Source of the DNA: Candidatus Obscuribacterales bacterium | GTDB taxonomy: Bacteria; Cyanobacteriota; Vampirovibrionia; Obscuribacterales; Obscuribacteraceae | NCBI GenBank assembly: GCA_965228855.1 | Contig: CBDDIJ010000002.1 | Coordinates: 1,280,001 to 1,344,000 of the forward strand | Direction of reading: 5' to 3' | Length of the DNA stretch: 64,000 bases | Part shown: piece by piece, positions 27,968-36,897 of the stretch | Layout of the letters: every line of letters begins with the position of its first letter | How positions within the stretch are numbered: position 1 is the first letter of the stretch | The notes under the pieces: model-generated | Database searches by the model: none | Told to the model about the DNA's origin: nothing | The model's input: only the letters and a program-made list of their open reading frames with translations | Position numbers and translations under genes: made by a program

Positions 27968-30268
27968 ATGACGACCGTCGCGATATACGCAACGGCGATT
28001 TTCGCGAGCGCATGTCTTATGTTCGTGGTCGAACCGATGGTCGCGAAAATGTTGCTTCCGGTCTTCGGTGGAACGCCAAATGTTTGGAACACTTGCGTTG
28101 TTTTCTTTCAAGTCTTGCTGATCGCAGGCTACCTGTACTCTCACATTGTGAGCACACGCGCGACCGCGCTGATACAAGTGTCAGTGCACATTCCATTGGT
28201 CTTTTCTGCTGCATTTCTTCTACCAACGAGATTGCCTGCAATCGGTGATGTTTATTCAAATCCAACGTTCTCCTTGATAGCACTGTTGGTGGTGCTAGTC
28301 GGTGCACCATTTTTCGTCATTTCGACAACGGCTCCCTTGATGTCGAAGTGGTATTCCGCTCTCGGAGCGGTCGGCTCGAAAGATCCATATTTCCTTTATG
28401 CAGCCAGTAATGCAGGCGGAATTCTTGGGCTGGTCAGCTATCCATTTCTAATTGAGCCTAATTTGCGTTTGGTCGAGCAGATAAGACTGGTTGGTGGCGT
28501 TTACATCTTCTACGGCGTCCTTGTTTCACTTGCAGCGATTCTGTTTTTCCTGAAAATGAAAGGAGGAGAAACAGAAACGGCTCTCCTGAACGCAAGAGAT
28601 TCGGCAGAACAAACAGTTTCCATTGAACAGCAAGGTTCAGCTGATCAAGATTCAACCGCACAACAAGTTGGCGAGCCCGGAAGCCAACAGTATCTGCACT
28701 GGTTGGTGCTCGCTCTCGTACCCCAAAGTCTCATTTTAGGCTTCACGACATACGTGACGTCGGAACTCTCGGCTATACCATTGTTCTGGATAGTCCCACT
28801 TCTCATCTATCTGCTTTCGTTTGTAATCGCATTTAGTGGCGTTCCACTAGTTCTGCGAAAAGTTGTCCGTATATCTGCTCTTGCGTTGACCATCGTTTCT
28901 GCGGCGCTGTTGACGGAAGGCGGGCGCTTCTTCGGAATCGACTTGTTGACTGTCGGTTTGTCCGTGCAGTTGCTTACTCTGTTTTTTGTTTGCTGCGCGT
29001 GCCACATGGAGATTGCCGCTCAGAGACCTTCTCCAAAACACCTCACCAACTATTTTTTGACGATTTCAATTGGCGGTGTGCTCGGAAGTTCGATTAATTC
29101 ATTTATCGCTCCCAGTCTATTTGTCGATTACATCGAGTATCCGCTGATGCTCGCTGTTGCGGGTGTTCTACTTGTGAGAGCCAGGTCCGCCAAGATCGAT
29201 CATGGGCTGAAGATTTTAGTTGCGATGCTCGGGATGTTCATGTTAATCGATTGGTCGAGAACCGATGATTCAGTGGTCATGAGAAAGCGAAACTTTTTTG
29301 GTTGCTTGTCCATTGATGTTAATCGCGAGTCAAATACTTGCGAGTTTTATCATGGACTGACTATGCACGGTAGCGAGAGTCTTGATCCCGATGAGCGTGG
29401 TTTGCCGATTTCGTACTACTACACTGACGGACCGATCGGTAAGTTTTTTGTGAATCTGTTTGGACCGCCTGAAACATTGCGTCTTCAAGCTCACGGTAAA
29501 CAAACCGTCCAGGCTTCGCCGGGCAGTCTCTCCGCGGATGTGCGCGAGCAGCGGCGAAAGTACCTGGAGGACTTGAAAAACTCGGACGAGGGAAACACCC
29601 CTGTTACAGTGGAAACTGTTGCTAGATCCTTGGACGAGCTTCCAAGTTTGCGTCAGAAGAAGATGCCGATCGGAATACTTGGGCTGGGAACCGGTACCAT
29701 TGCTGCTTTTGCGAAAACGGGTCAGCCGGTTGTTTATTATGAGATTGACCCGGCAGTGGTTGAACTTGCTCAAAATCCAATTTATTTCACATACCTATTT
29801 CAAGCTCAAAAGCGTGGCGTCGATCTGAAAATCGTGAAGGGTGATGGTCGTCTGGAAATTCAAAAGGCGCCATATAAGTACTTCAAGGTCATAGTTGCGG
29901 ACGCGTTCAGCTCGGATTCAATTCCGACTCATTTGATAACAAAAGAGGCTTTGGCTACTTATCGAAACAAATTGCGCGATGACGGCGCTGTCATTTTTAA
30001 CATTTCCAACCATTTTTACGACTTGAGTCCGGTATTGGCGAATTTAGCTGCTGACGCAGGGCTGGCTGCATATATCTATTCCGACGGTGAGGCACTTGTT
30101 GCGAAGAAACAGTCATCGGCCACTTGGGTCGTATTAACCGCTGATGAAAACACAAAATCTATTTTGCAGGTAAACGGGTGGAAGCCACTGAGAGTTAAGA
30201 AGCAGTCGCCGCTATGGACCGACGACTTCTGCAGTCCGCTCACAGTTCTAATCTCTCCGTTGTCTTAG
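27968..30268 (+). CDS. Fused multi-pass membrane domain / spermidine-synthase-like SAM-dependent domain, paralog 1
   Basis: DPYFLYAASNAG, RNFFG, GLTMHG, LGLGTG, YEIDP, GDGR, DAFSSDSIPTHL, LWTDDF. Start set at ATG 27968. Confidence 0.9.
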   Translation: MTTVAIYATAIFASACLMFVVEPMVAKMLLPVFGGTPNVWNTCVVFFQVLLIAGYLYSHIVSTRATALIQVSVHIPLVFSAAFLLPTRLPAIGDVYSNPTFSLIALLVVLVGAPFFVISTTAPLMSKWYSALGAVGSKDPYFLYAASNAGGILGLVSYPFLIEPNLRLVEQIRLVGGVYIFYGVLVSLAAILFFLKMKGGETETALLNARDSAEQTVSIEQQGSADQDSTAQQVGEPGSQQYLHWLVLALVPQSLILGFTTYVTSELSAIPLFWIVPLLIYLLSFVIAFSGVPLVLRKVVRISALALTIVSAALLTEGGRFFGIDLLTVGLSVQLLTLFFVCCACHMEIAAQRPSPKHLTNYFLTISIGGVLGSSINSFIAPSLFVDYIEYPLMLAVAGVLLVRARSAKIDHGLKILVAMLGMFMLIDWSRTDDSVVMRKRNFFGCLSIDVNRESNTCEFYHGLTMHGSESLDPDERGLPISYYYTDGPIGKFFVNLFGPPETLRLQAHGKQTVQASPGSLSADVREQRRKYLEDLKNSDEGNTPVTVETVARSLDELPSLRQKKMPIGILGLGTGTIAAFAKTGQPVVYYEIDPAVVELAQNPIYFTYLFQAQKRGVDLKIVKGDGRLEIQKAPYKYFKVIVADAFSSDSIPTHLITKEALATYRNKLRDDGAVIFNISNHFYDLSPVLANLAADAGLAAYIYSDGEALVAKKQSSATWVVLTADENTKSILQVNGWKPLRVKKQSPLWTDDFCSPLTVLISPLS

Positions 30269-30280
30269 GAAGGAAGGGAA

Positions 30281-32662
30281 GTGAACTCCGATAAGTCAAA
30301 TCGATTCGAACTTCTGTATGTCACTATATATGGTGGCGCATTGATTTGTTCGTCTTTCCTGATGTTTTTCATAGAACCATTCGTAGCGAAGTTGTTGCTA
30401 CCAATATGGGGAGGAGGACCGGGCGTCTGGAATACATGTGTCTTGTTTTTCCAGATTGTTCTTCTTCTTGGCTATCTCTACGCACATTTTTTGTCGAAAC
30501 TGTTAAAGCCATCTGCTCAACTAGCTGTACAAATGATTTTAGTATGGTTGTGTGCCTGCTTCCTACCGATTCGAATCTGGCAAGTTGAGAGTTCGGCAAG
30601 TGCCAATTTTGGCCCGACCTTGAGTTTGTTTATATCCGTAGGAGTGATGGTCGGCGGTGCTTTCTTCTCAATATCCACTACCGCTCCGCTATTGCAGCGC
30701 TGGTTTTCGGATTCACGATTCGCACGCTCGGCCGATCCATACTTTCTGTTTGCGGCCAGTAACTTGGGTGGTTTAGCCGGATTACTCTCGTATCCGTTCC
30801 TTCTCGAGCCGAATTTTTCCCTTGCACAGCAAGGGCAATTTATAACGATCGGTTATGTTTGCTTTGGTCTCCTGGTCTCCATCGCCGGCTCTTCGATGGT
30901 GCGAAGACATCGGTCTATCGCGGCGTCTAGCAGCAAGATAAGTCGTGGTCCGAAAGTTAATTTACTGATGAAGTGGCTTCTTCTTTCGGCTGTTCCTTCC
31001 AGTCTTGTGCTGGGACTCACCGAGCATGTCACGGGAGAGTTGTCTGCAATACCGCTATTCTGGATTGTGCCGCTGGCTATTTATTTGATCTCGTTCATCA
31101 TAGTGTTCGGACGAAGCTCTAAAACGTTGGTTACGGTCTCAACCGCTCTCGCACCACCTCTGGTAGCGGTCAGTTTGCTTCTTCTCTATTCCGAAAACAT
31201 CTACCAACTGATCGGTGGAAACGCCTACATAACCACCGGTGTTTCGGTTCAGCTGCTCACGTTGTTTGCAATCTGTGTCGCCTGTCACGGCAAAGTTGCT
31301 GCTGAACGTCCTGAAAGCGCTCATCTAACCATTTATTACTTTGCGGTCTCACTGGGCGGCGTTTTGGGAAGCGCTTTCAACGCCCTTGTTGCGCCTGTCG
31401 TCCTGAAAGGAGGACATGAGTATTCGATCGTCCTTATGCTTGCGGCGATATTGCTATCGCAGCTGCCTGCAAAGCTGGAGGCACGGTTTGCGAAAAGAAC
31501 AGCTGAGTCTAATAGGGCAAGCCTCGATTATGTGATACCGCTCGTGGTGCTAGTGATCTCTGCTATTTGCTGGTACAGCTACGCGATAACGCGAGGCGGG
31601 CTGGATGAGAATATTAGAGTCGTTCGTCCTGAATCCGGACTGTTTGAAGTGTTGCTTCGGGTTGTGCTACCGGTAGGTTTTTGCATTCTTCTAGCGAGAA
31701 CAAATAGACAATATCGACTTGGCTTGCTCGCTCTTAGTTCGGTCGTGCTCCTCCACCTGCATTCGGAAACCGACAAACGCGTTGTATATAAAAACCGAAA
31801 CTTCTTCGCTCGATTAGCGGTGAGTACATACAATAACGCGGTCGAGTTGTGGAACGGCGCCAATCTTCATGGTACGGAAAGTTTGAATCCTCTTAAACGT
31901 GGAATTCCCGATTCGTATATGTACACCGATGGACCGATTGGTTTAGCTCTCAATGAGCTTGATAAAGTCTCCTTTGATCAGCCATCCTCGAAGACCGTTT
32001 CTCGTGAGTCGATTAGCAGAATGAAATATGTTTCTTCCTTAGGAGGGGCGCATGTTGAGGTGCCACCAATTGCGGTGATGGGGTTGGGCTGCGGAGTTGC
32101 AGCGTGTCTGGCGAAAGCCGGTCAGAAATTGGTCTTTTACGAAATCAATCCGCAAGTCGTTGAGGTTGCCGAGAATCCGTTCTTCTTCACCTACATCTAT
32201 GAGGCGAGGAAGCGAAAGGCTAATATCAAGGTCGTTACAGGCGATGCCAGGATTTCGCTGCAAGGCGCGAACTATGGCGCTTATCGATTGATAATTGGCG
32301 ACGCCTTCAGCGGAAGTTTCATTCCCACGCACTTGTTGACGGTCGAGGCACTCCGAATGTACCTCAAAAAGCTTCATCCGAATGGCGTTATGGCTTTCAA
32401 CGTAACCGGCTATTTCGACCTGAAGCGAGTTCTGGTTCGCGCGGCTGCTGAGCTGGGCTTAAGCGCTCTGGTGATTCGAGAATACGATCGAACCTCGGAC
32501 GAGCGCGATTATATTGAGTGGGTAATGCTCGTGAAAAGTGCGAGGTTTGCCGAATCCCTGCGAAAACAAGGGTGGGTTGACGTTAAGCCTGAGGCCGATT
32601 TCCAACTCTGGACAGACGACTATTCCAACCCGCTGAAGGTTTTAAAGGAAAGATTCTCCTGA
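30281..32662 (+). CDS. Fused multi-pass membrane domain / spermidine-synthase-like SAM-dependent domain, paralog 2
   Basis: DPYFLFAASNLG, RNFFA, GANLHG, MGLGCG, YEINP, GDAR, DAFSGSFIPTHL, LWTDDYSN. Confidence 0.9.
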   Translation: MNSDKSNRFELLYVTIYGGALICSSFLMFFIEPFVAKLLLPIWGGGPGVWNTCVLFFQIVLLLGYLYAHFLSKLLKPSAQLAVQMILVWLCACFLPIRIWQVESSASANFGPTLSLFISVGVMVGGAFFSISTTAPLLQRWFSDSRFARSADPYFLFAASNLGGLAGLLSYPFLLEPNFSLAQQGQFITIGYVCFGLLVSIAGSSMVRRHRSIAASSSKISRGPKVNLLMKWLLLSAVPSSLVLGLTEHVTGELSAIPLFWIVPLAIYLISFIIVFGRSSKTLVTVSTALAPPLVAVSLLLLYSENIYQLIGGNAYITTGVSVQLLTLFAICVACHGKVAAERPESAHLTIYYFAVSLGGVLGSAFNALVAPVVLKGGHEYSIVLMLAAILLSQLPAKLEARFAKRTAESNRASLDYVIPLVVLVISAICWYSYAITRGGLDENIRVVRPESGLFEVLLRVVLPVGFCILLARTNRQYRLGLLALSSVVLLHLHSETDKRVVYKNRNFFARLAVSTYNNAVELWNGANLHGTESLNPLKRGIPDSYMYTDGPIGLALNELDKVSFDQPSSKTVSRESISRMKYVSSLGGAHVEVPPIAVMGLGCGVAACLAKAGQKLVFYEINPQVVEVAENPFFFTYIYEARKRKANIKVVTGDARISLQGANYGAYRLIIGDAFSGSFIPTHLLTVEALRMYLKKLHPNGVMAFNVTGYFDLKRVLVRAAAELGLSALVIREYDRTSDERDYIEWVMLVKSARFAESLRKQGWVDVKPEADFQLWTDDYSNPLKVLKERFS

Positions 32663-32679
32663 CCGGAGTTCCGGCTTGG

Positions 32680-34752
32680 TTACTTGAGCCCAATATAACC
32701 GCTCTCTACCTGTGATGGCGCTGACTCTTTGTAGATATCTAGAACGCGACGGAATCTGATATCCGAGGTGGTACCATCTCCGGTACCGCCCGAACTGTAG
32801 CTCTTGTAAGTCAGTCGAGGACCGCCACCCGTGTCGTCGTACTTTTCGTACAGAGCCGGATTCGGGTCTATAGTCGCCGGTGCAGATTGCGGGAAATCCT
32901 GTCTGCCGATGATGGCAGGTGGCACGCCTTGTGTACCGGTGTTGATGCCACTAGAGTCTTTGCCTTTACTCTTATTCTTCCAGCCGTTCATATTGCCATG
33001 CGCACCTCGGCCGGACATCACGATGCTGTCGACGGTCGCAGCTCCGCGGTTGCCAGATAGTTTCACTGACGCAGGCTTTTGAGTGACGAGCCAGATGTTG
33101 TCCATCGGTTCTCCTGCGTGTCTGCCACCATTCATGGTGCCCGGGCGGCGCGAGTAGAGTCTAATGTACATGTCGTAAGCGGGTCCTAAAACAACGACAC
33201 CATCATCGACTGCGTTGACCGGCGGTCCCAGTGCCAAGCCGCTAAGTTCTATCTGCTCAGCGACTACGTGACCATCGTCGATAGCGCGGAAGCATTCCAT
33301 GTAGGTTTGATTCTCTGCGACAACATAATAGGGCTGCGGTTTCTGTTCTTTCACATCGTAAGAGACGACACCGTCGGAATCGAAGAAATACATATGGCAG
33401 ATACCGCGTGGGACACTGCCGGCAATGGGCGCTCCAATTGGGACAAGCGCCGAGAGCGACAGAGGCGCCTGGGTCACTTCTTTGAAAGGCGTCGCGTGCA
33501 TGCCGATGACTGATGTCACATTTGCCTTTGTTCCTGCTCGTTTCAACCAGTCGTACACTGCGATTTTACAGGCCGTCGCTGCTGTCTGGGTTGTATCTGA
33601 AGGAACAGGCCAGGAGCCATTATCCGCGGCGATAGAGCTGCCGGTGGTTACTGGGAAATCGCCACCATTGGCGGTGTACATATCGACACCAACCCCGCTA
33701 GCGGCCATGTTGTTTGATGCAGCGCCGTAGAGGTCACGTGGTCTGGTAATGTCTTCAGGTCCGGTTGGCATGCCGTCGGGAAAGCTTATTTGAAGCGCAC
33801 CTGGAACAGGTTTTGGATCCCAAACATTGGAAGGTTGGGCGCAGGCTACTGCTTTCAATGTGTGTGTGCGATCAGGATCTTGCACTGTCTCCAGCGCTTC
33901 TGCGCGCACGACTGTGCGATAGTAGTACGGCAGACCGGTGAGCGTCGCGCGCCATAAAGCTGGATCGACCAACCGAACCGAGTCTCCGATTGCGGCAAAC
34001 ACAAAGTCCTGGCCATCAAATGGATAAGATGTATAGGACTTATAGTAAGTTTCGTTGATCCAGTTACCGCTGAAGTGGTCGTACGTTCTTGCTACTATCG
34101 TGTTTGAAGTGTCCAGGCTTGGATCGCTGGAAAGCGGTTTTGGTACTGGAATATTCGTTGCGGCGCCGTTGGCAAGGGCCCCAATTGTAATCTGCATAGA
34201 GCCGGTTACATAGTCGCACTTGCCGGCAATCCTGATGACGTTTTGAGTGTAGGCATCTTCGGCCGCTGTGTATGGTGTCACATCTGCACCATTCTTGTCT
34301 TGCGCCACACCACCCGGTAGTACTGCGGCGTCGATGCGATCGATCAACTCATCTGCACGTGTCTTGGCGGCGGCAAGATCTCTGAGAGCCAGTTCTTTAA
34401 ACTCGTCTCCATCGGAGCCGAGGGCATCCGCGATGATGTAGTCCAGGCGGGCTGTGCCAATAAGAGTGTTTATTGAGTGGACAGGTGTTCTGAAGGTGTC
34501 ACCTGCAGTTGTGCCGCTTCCATTCGGTGCAGAATCGGAGAGTCCAATGAAGCCGAACTCGGGTGTGTTTATGACGATTTTGCTGATCTCACGGGCGGCT
34601 GCAAGCGCGGCAGCCTCGATGGCAGTTTTCTGTTCGGAACTTGTTCCAAGGAGTCTGACGTACCCCAACGCGAACAACAGAATTATCACCATTAGAATAC
34701 AGAATGCGCCGATCAGCGCCAGCATATTCCCGCGTCTTGACCGTCTTGCCAT
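32680..34752 (-). CDS. Large TadG-like pseudopilin/adhesin
   Basis: MARRSRRG|NMLALIGAFCILMVIILLFAL prepilin-type N-terminus and Tad motif QKTAIEAAALAAA; long Gly/Thr/Pro-rich extracellular region. Confidence 0.75.
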   Translation of the reverse strand: MARRSRRGNMLALIGAFCILMVIILLFALGYVRLLGTSSEQKTAIEAAALAAAREISKIVINTPEFGFIGLSDSAPNGSGTTAGDTFRTPVHSINTLIGTARLDYIIADALGSDGDEFKELALRDLAAAKTRADELIDRIDAAVLPGGVAQDKNGADVTPYTAAEDAYTQNVIRIAGKCDYVTGSMQITIGALANGAATNIPVPKPLSSDPSLDTSNTIVARTYDHFSGNWINETYYKSYTSYPFDGQDFVFAAIGDSVRLVDPALWRATLTGLPYYYRTVVRAEALETVQDPDRTHTLKAVACAQPSNVWDPKPVPGALQISFPDGMPTGPEDITRPRDLYGAASNNMAASGVGVDMYTANGGDFPVTTGSSIAADNGSWPVPSDTTQTAATACKIAVYDWLKRAGTKANVTSVIGMHATPFKEVTQAPLSLSALVPIGAPIAGSVPRGICHMYFFDSDGVVSYDVKEQKPQPYYVVAENQTYMECFRAIDDGHVVAEQIELSGLALGPPVNAVDDGVVVLGPAYDMYIRLYSRRPGTMNGGRHAGEPMDNIWLVTQKPASVKLSGNRGAATVDSIVMSGRGAHGNMNGWKNKSKGKDSSGINTGTQGVPPAIIGRQDFPQSAPATIDPNPALYEKYDDTGGGPRLTYKSYSSGGTGDGTTSDIRFRRVLDIYKESAPSQVESGYIGLK

Positions 34753-34920
34753 GGTCTTTTCTCCAACTGCCTAACTCTGGAAACCGGGACACTTTTTTGC
34801 ATCAATTAATATAGAGCTTTCTCCATACTATCTTCCCTGTAACCGGACCGTCAACACGCCGCGCTTTGGCGGGCTTGCTGGCCCATGTATGCGCCCTTTG
34901 AACGGAGAGGTACCGCGACA

Positions 34921-35877
34921 TCACAGCGCGCGGAAATATTGTTGTGCATGGTTCGCGTCGGTGGATTTTATCCAGATAATCGGTATTTGTTTGTCATTAT
35001 TATCATCAGACAATCGAGAAGCGCGATTCGCCTTCCATGCGTTGCTGAGGATCTTGCTGGGCACAGGTGAAATGAACGTGCCGGATTCGCTTTGTACTTT
35101 ACCGAGGGCACTTTTGTAAAGTGCTGCTGCTTCTTTGTACTTTCGTTGGAGATACAAGACATTAGCAGCGTTGTTTATGCTGGCGGCTTTCTCAAATTTT
35201 GAGAGTTTGCTATCGCTTGCCAGATTCACGAGAGCTTCCCTTGCCTGCTCCATCTGTTGATTGTCTGGTTGGTTTGCGCAACTCATGGCGATGGCAGTTG
35301 CTGACGAATGCTTTATTTCCCACTCAGGATCTACTTTGACCGCAACCGTTTTCCAGGTTCCTGAATTGTCTTCATACAGGTTGGCTTTCTGTTGCTTTAT
35401 TGTTCTTCTACTCGATGTCTTGCCGGATTGTTCGTCCGATGATGTTTTGTCTTCGTTTAAACCTTCATCTTTCTCGGGTGGATGTTCCCTCTTGAAGTTA
35501 TCGATCGCTGATCTGCGCTCTTGATAAAACTGATCGACGTCCGCTTGTGTTAGTCCGAACGATTCGAAATACTTGACTCTGGTCAAGTCTACTTCTTGAC
35601 CCATGAGGTGATAGACCCCGCCCCCTATTTCTCCGACGACCTTGTATTTTCCGCCGACCTTTTCCAGGACTAGCGCTGCGTCGTGCGGACCTATCGCATA
35701 GGTCCGGTCAGTGCCGCCACCAAGCGTGCCCATCACTGTCATGTTGATGGGTGGCGGTGAGTCATTCGTGCTGGCATCCGCGATAGCGGGACTTGATTGT
35801 AATGCCAATAGGAGGAGCATACTGCAGGCGCTGCAGTATGCTTCTTGTGTGGCGTAGGAATAGTTTTTACTCTTCAT
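34921..35877 (-). CDS. Exported protein with a C-terminal TPR-like repeat
   Basis: Signal-like segment; AASINNAANVLYLQRKYKEAAALYKSAL TPR motif. Confidence 0.75.
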   Translation of the reverse strand: MKSKNYSYATQEAYCSACSMLLLLALQSSPAIADASTNDSPPPINMTVMGTLGGGTDRTYAIGPHDAALVLEKVGGKYKVVGEIGGGVYHLMGQEVDLTRVKYFESFGLTQADVDQFYQERRSAIDNFKREHPPEKDEGLNEDKTSSDEQSGKTSSRRTIKQQKANLYEDNSGTWKTVAVKVDPEWEIKHSSATAIAMSCANQPDNQQMEQAREALVNLASDSKLSKFEKAASINNAANVLYLQRKYKEAAALYKSALGKVQSESGTFISPVPSKILSNAWKANRASRLSDDNNDKQIPIIWIKSTDANHAQQYFRAL

Positions 35878-36035
35878 TCAGCAACAGAAACATCAGCGTG
35901 GCAGGCTCCCTGCAATCAACGACGGCCATGGGCTTGATTGCATTGTATCTGTTGCAGAACTGGAAAGATTACGGTGAAAACCCTGGATCTTAATCTAAGA
36001 CGAAAGCAGCGGTCAGGGGCGAATACAGGATAAAG

Positions 36036-36557
36036 TTAGAGGCGCGTGCAGGCGCACCATATGCAGTGCACGTTTCTATTTGGGAAGTCCATTAAAACCA
36101 TCTCTCCAATCTTTTGTGGCTCAAAGCAATGGACGCAGTCTCTGTCTTCTGAAAGGCTGACTGCGAAGCGCTCTTCTCCATTCGGTGAACAACAGCGAGC
36201 CGTGGTCTCAAGAAATTCCTTTACGGATTTAGATGTTTCCGGAGCTGTAGAAATGTCGCGCATCAATCTCCAGTACTCGTTCACCACATGCGGTGCGAGT
36301 GGTCTTGCCATACTGTTGATTGTTCTTAAGCGTTGGATAACGCCTCGATAAGAGTCGAAGTGAAGAAGCTGACCGTTAGTGCTGTTCGGTTGAACCTGCA
36401 AGCGCTTCTCTATGCATCTGGCACATCTTTTATTGCGACTAATCGGGTCGAATTCAATTTGCTCTCCAGCAATAAATCCACGACCACACTTGCAGACGCC
36501 ACGATGTCTCGCGAACATCAGCTTTGGTGTCGGAGCGGTATTGGTCCGCTGTCTCAT
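36036..36557 (-). CDS. Protein with two putative Cys4 Zn-ribbon domains
   Basis: CKCG...GEQI...RCARC at N-terminus and CVHC...GEMV...HCIWC at C-terminus; GAGGTG RBS. Confidence 0.8.
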   Translation of the reverse strand: MRQRTNTAPTPKLMFARHRGVCKCGRGFIAGEQIEFDPISRNKRCARCIEKRLQVQPNSTNGQLLHFDSYRGVIQRLRTINSMARPLAPHVVNEYWRLMRDISTAPETSKSVKEFLETTARCCSPNGEERFAVSLSEDRDCVHCFEPQKIGEMVLMDFPNRNVHCIWCACTRL

Positions 36558-36667
36558 TATTCAGCACCTCATCAGTCGGGGGAGCGGTCAGCGGGGCGTC
36601 TTCTTCGTCGCCGTCGTTTTCACTACAAAGCTGACCTCGTTTTGATGCAATCATTATTTCAATCGCG

Positions 36668-36749
36668 ACTGCGAAATATACGCAGTCGCAAAATCGTGAA
36701 GATTCTTTTCCTGTGGGGCTGAAACGGAACTGCAAAATATCTGCAGTCG
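36668..36749. promoter_or_regulatory. Two copies of palindrome ACTGCR-N7-YGCAGT
   Basis: ACTGCGAAATATACGCAGTCG (36668-36688) and ACTGCAAAATATCTGCAGTCG (36729-36749). Confidence 0.6.
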
Positions 36750-36897
36750 AAGTTTTCAAACCAATGCGAAAGCGCATTTTGGCTACTTCGGTTTAAACGC
36801 GTTGCGAGTTTTACCTTCCGTAGTTAAACAACGCATCTGGTGTTAGCCAGCGAATAGCCCTTGCCGGATCTCGTTTACTTACAGTTGTCGAACTCGA

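Noticed and set aside
27803..28177. Apparent 375-bp overlap of two divergent long ORFs
   Set aside because: Disappears when starts are set at GTG 27802 (with GGAGG) and ATG 27968.
36560..36580. CTGATGAG on the minus strand as a hammerhead ribozyme core
   Set aside because: No properly placed stem II followed by GAAA; the sequence overlaps the RBS.
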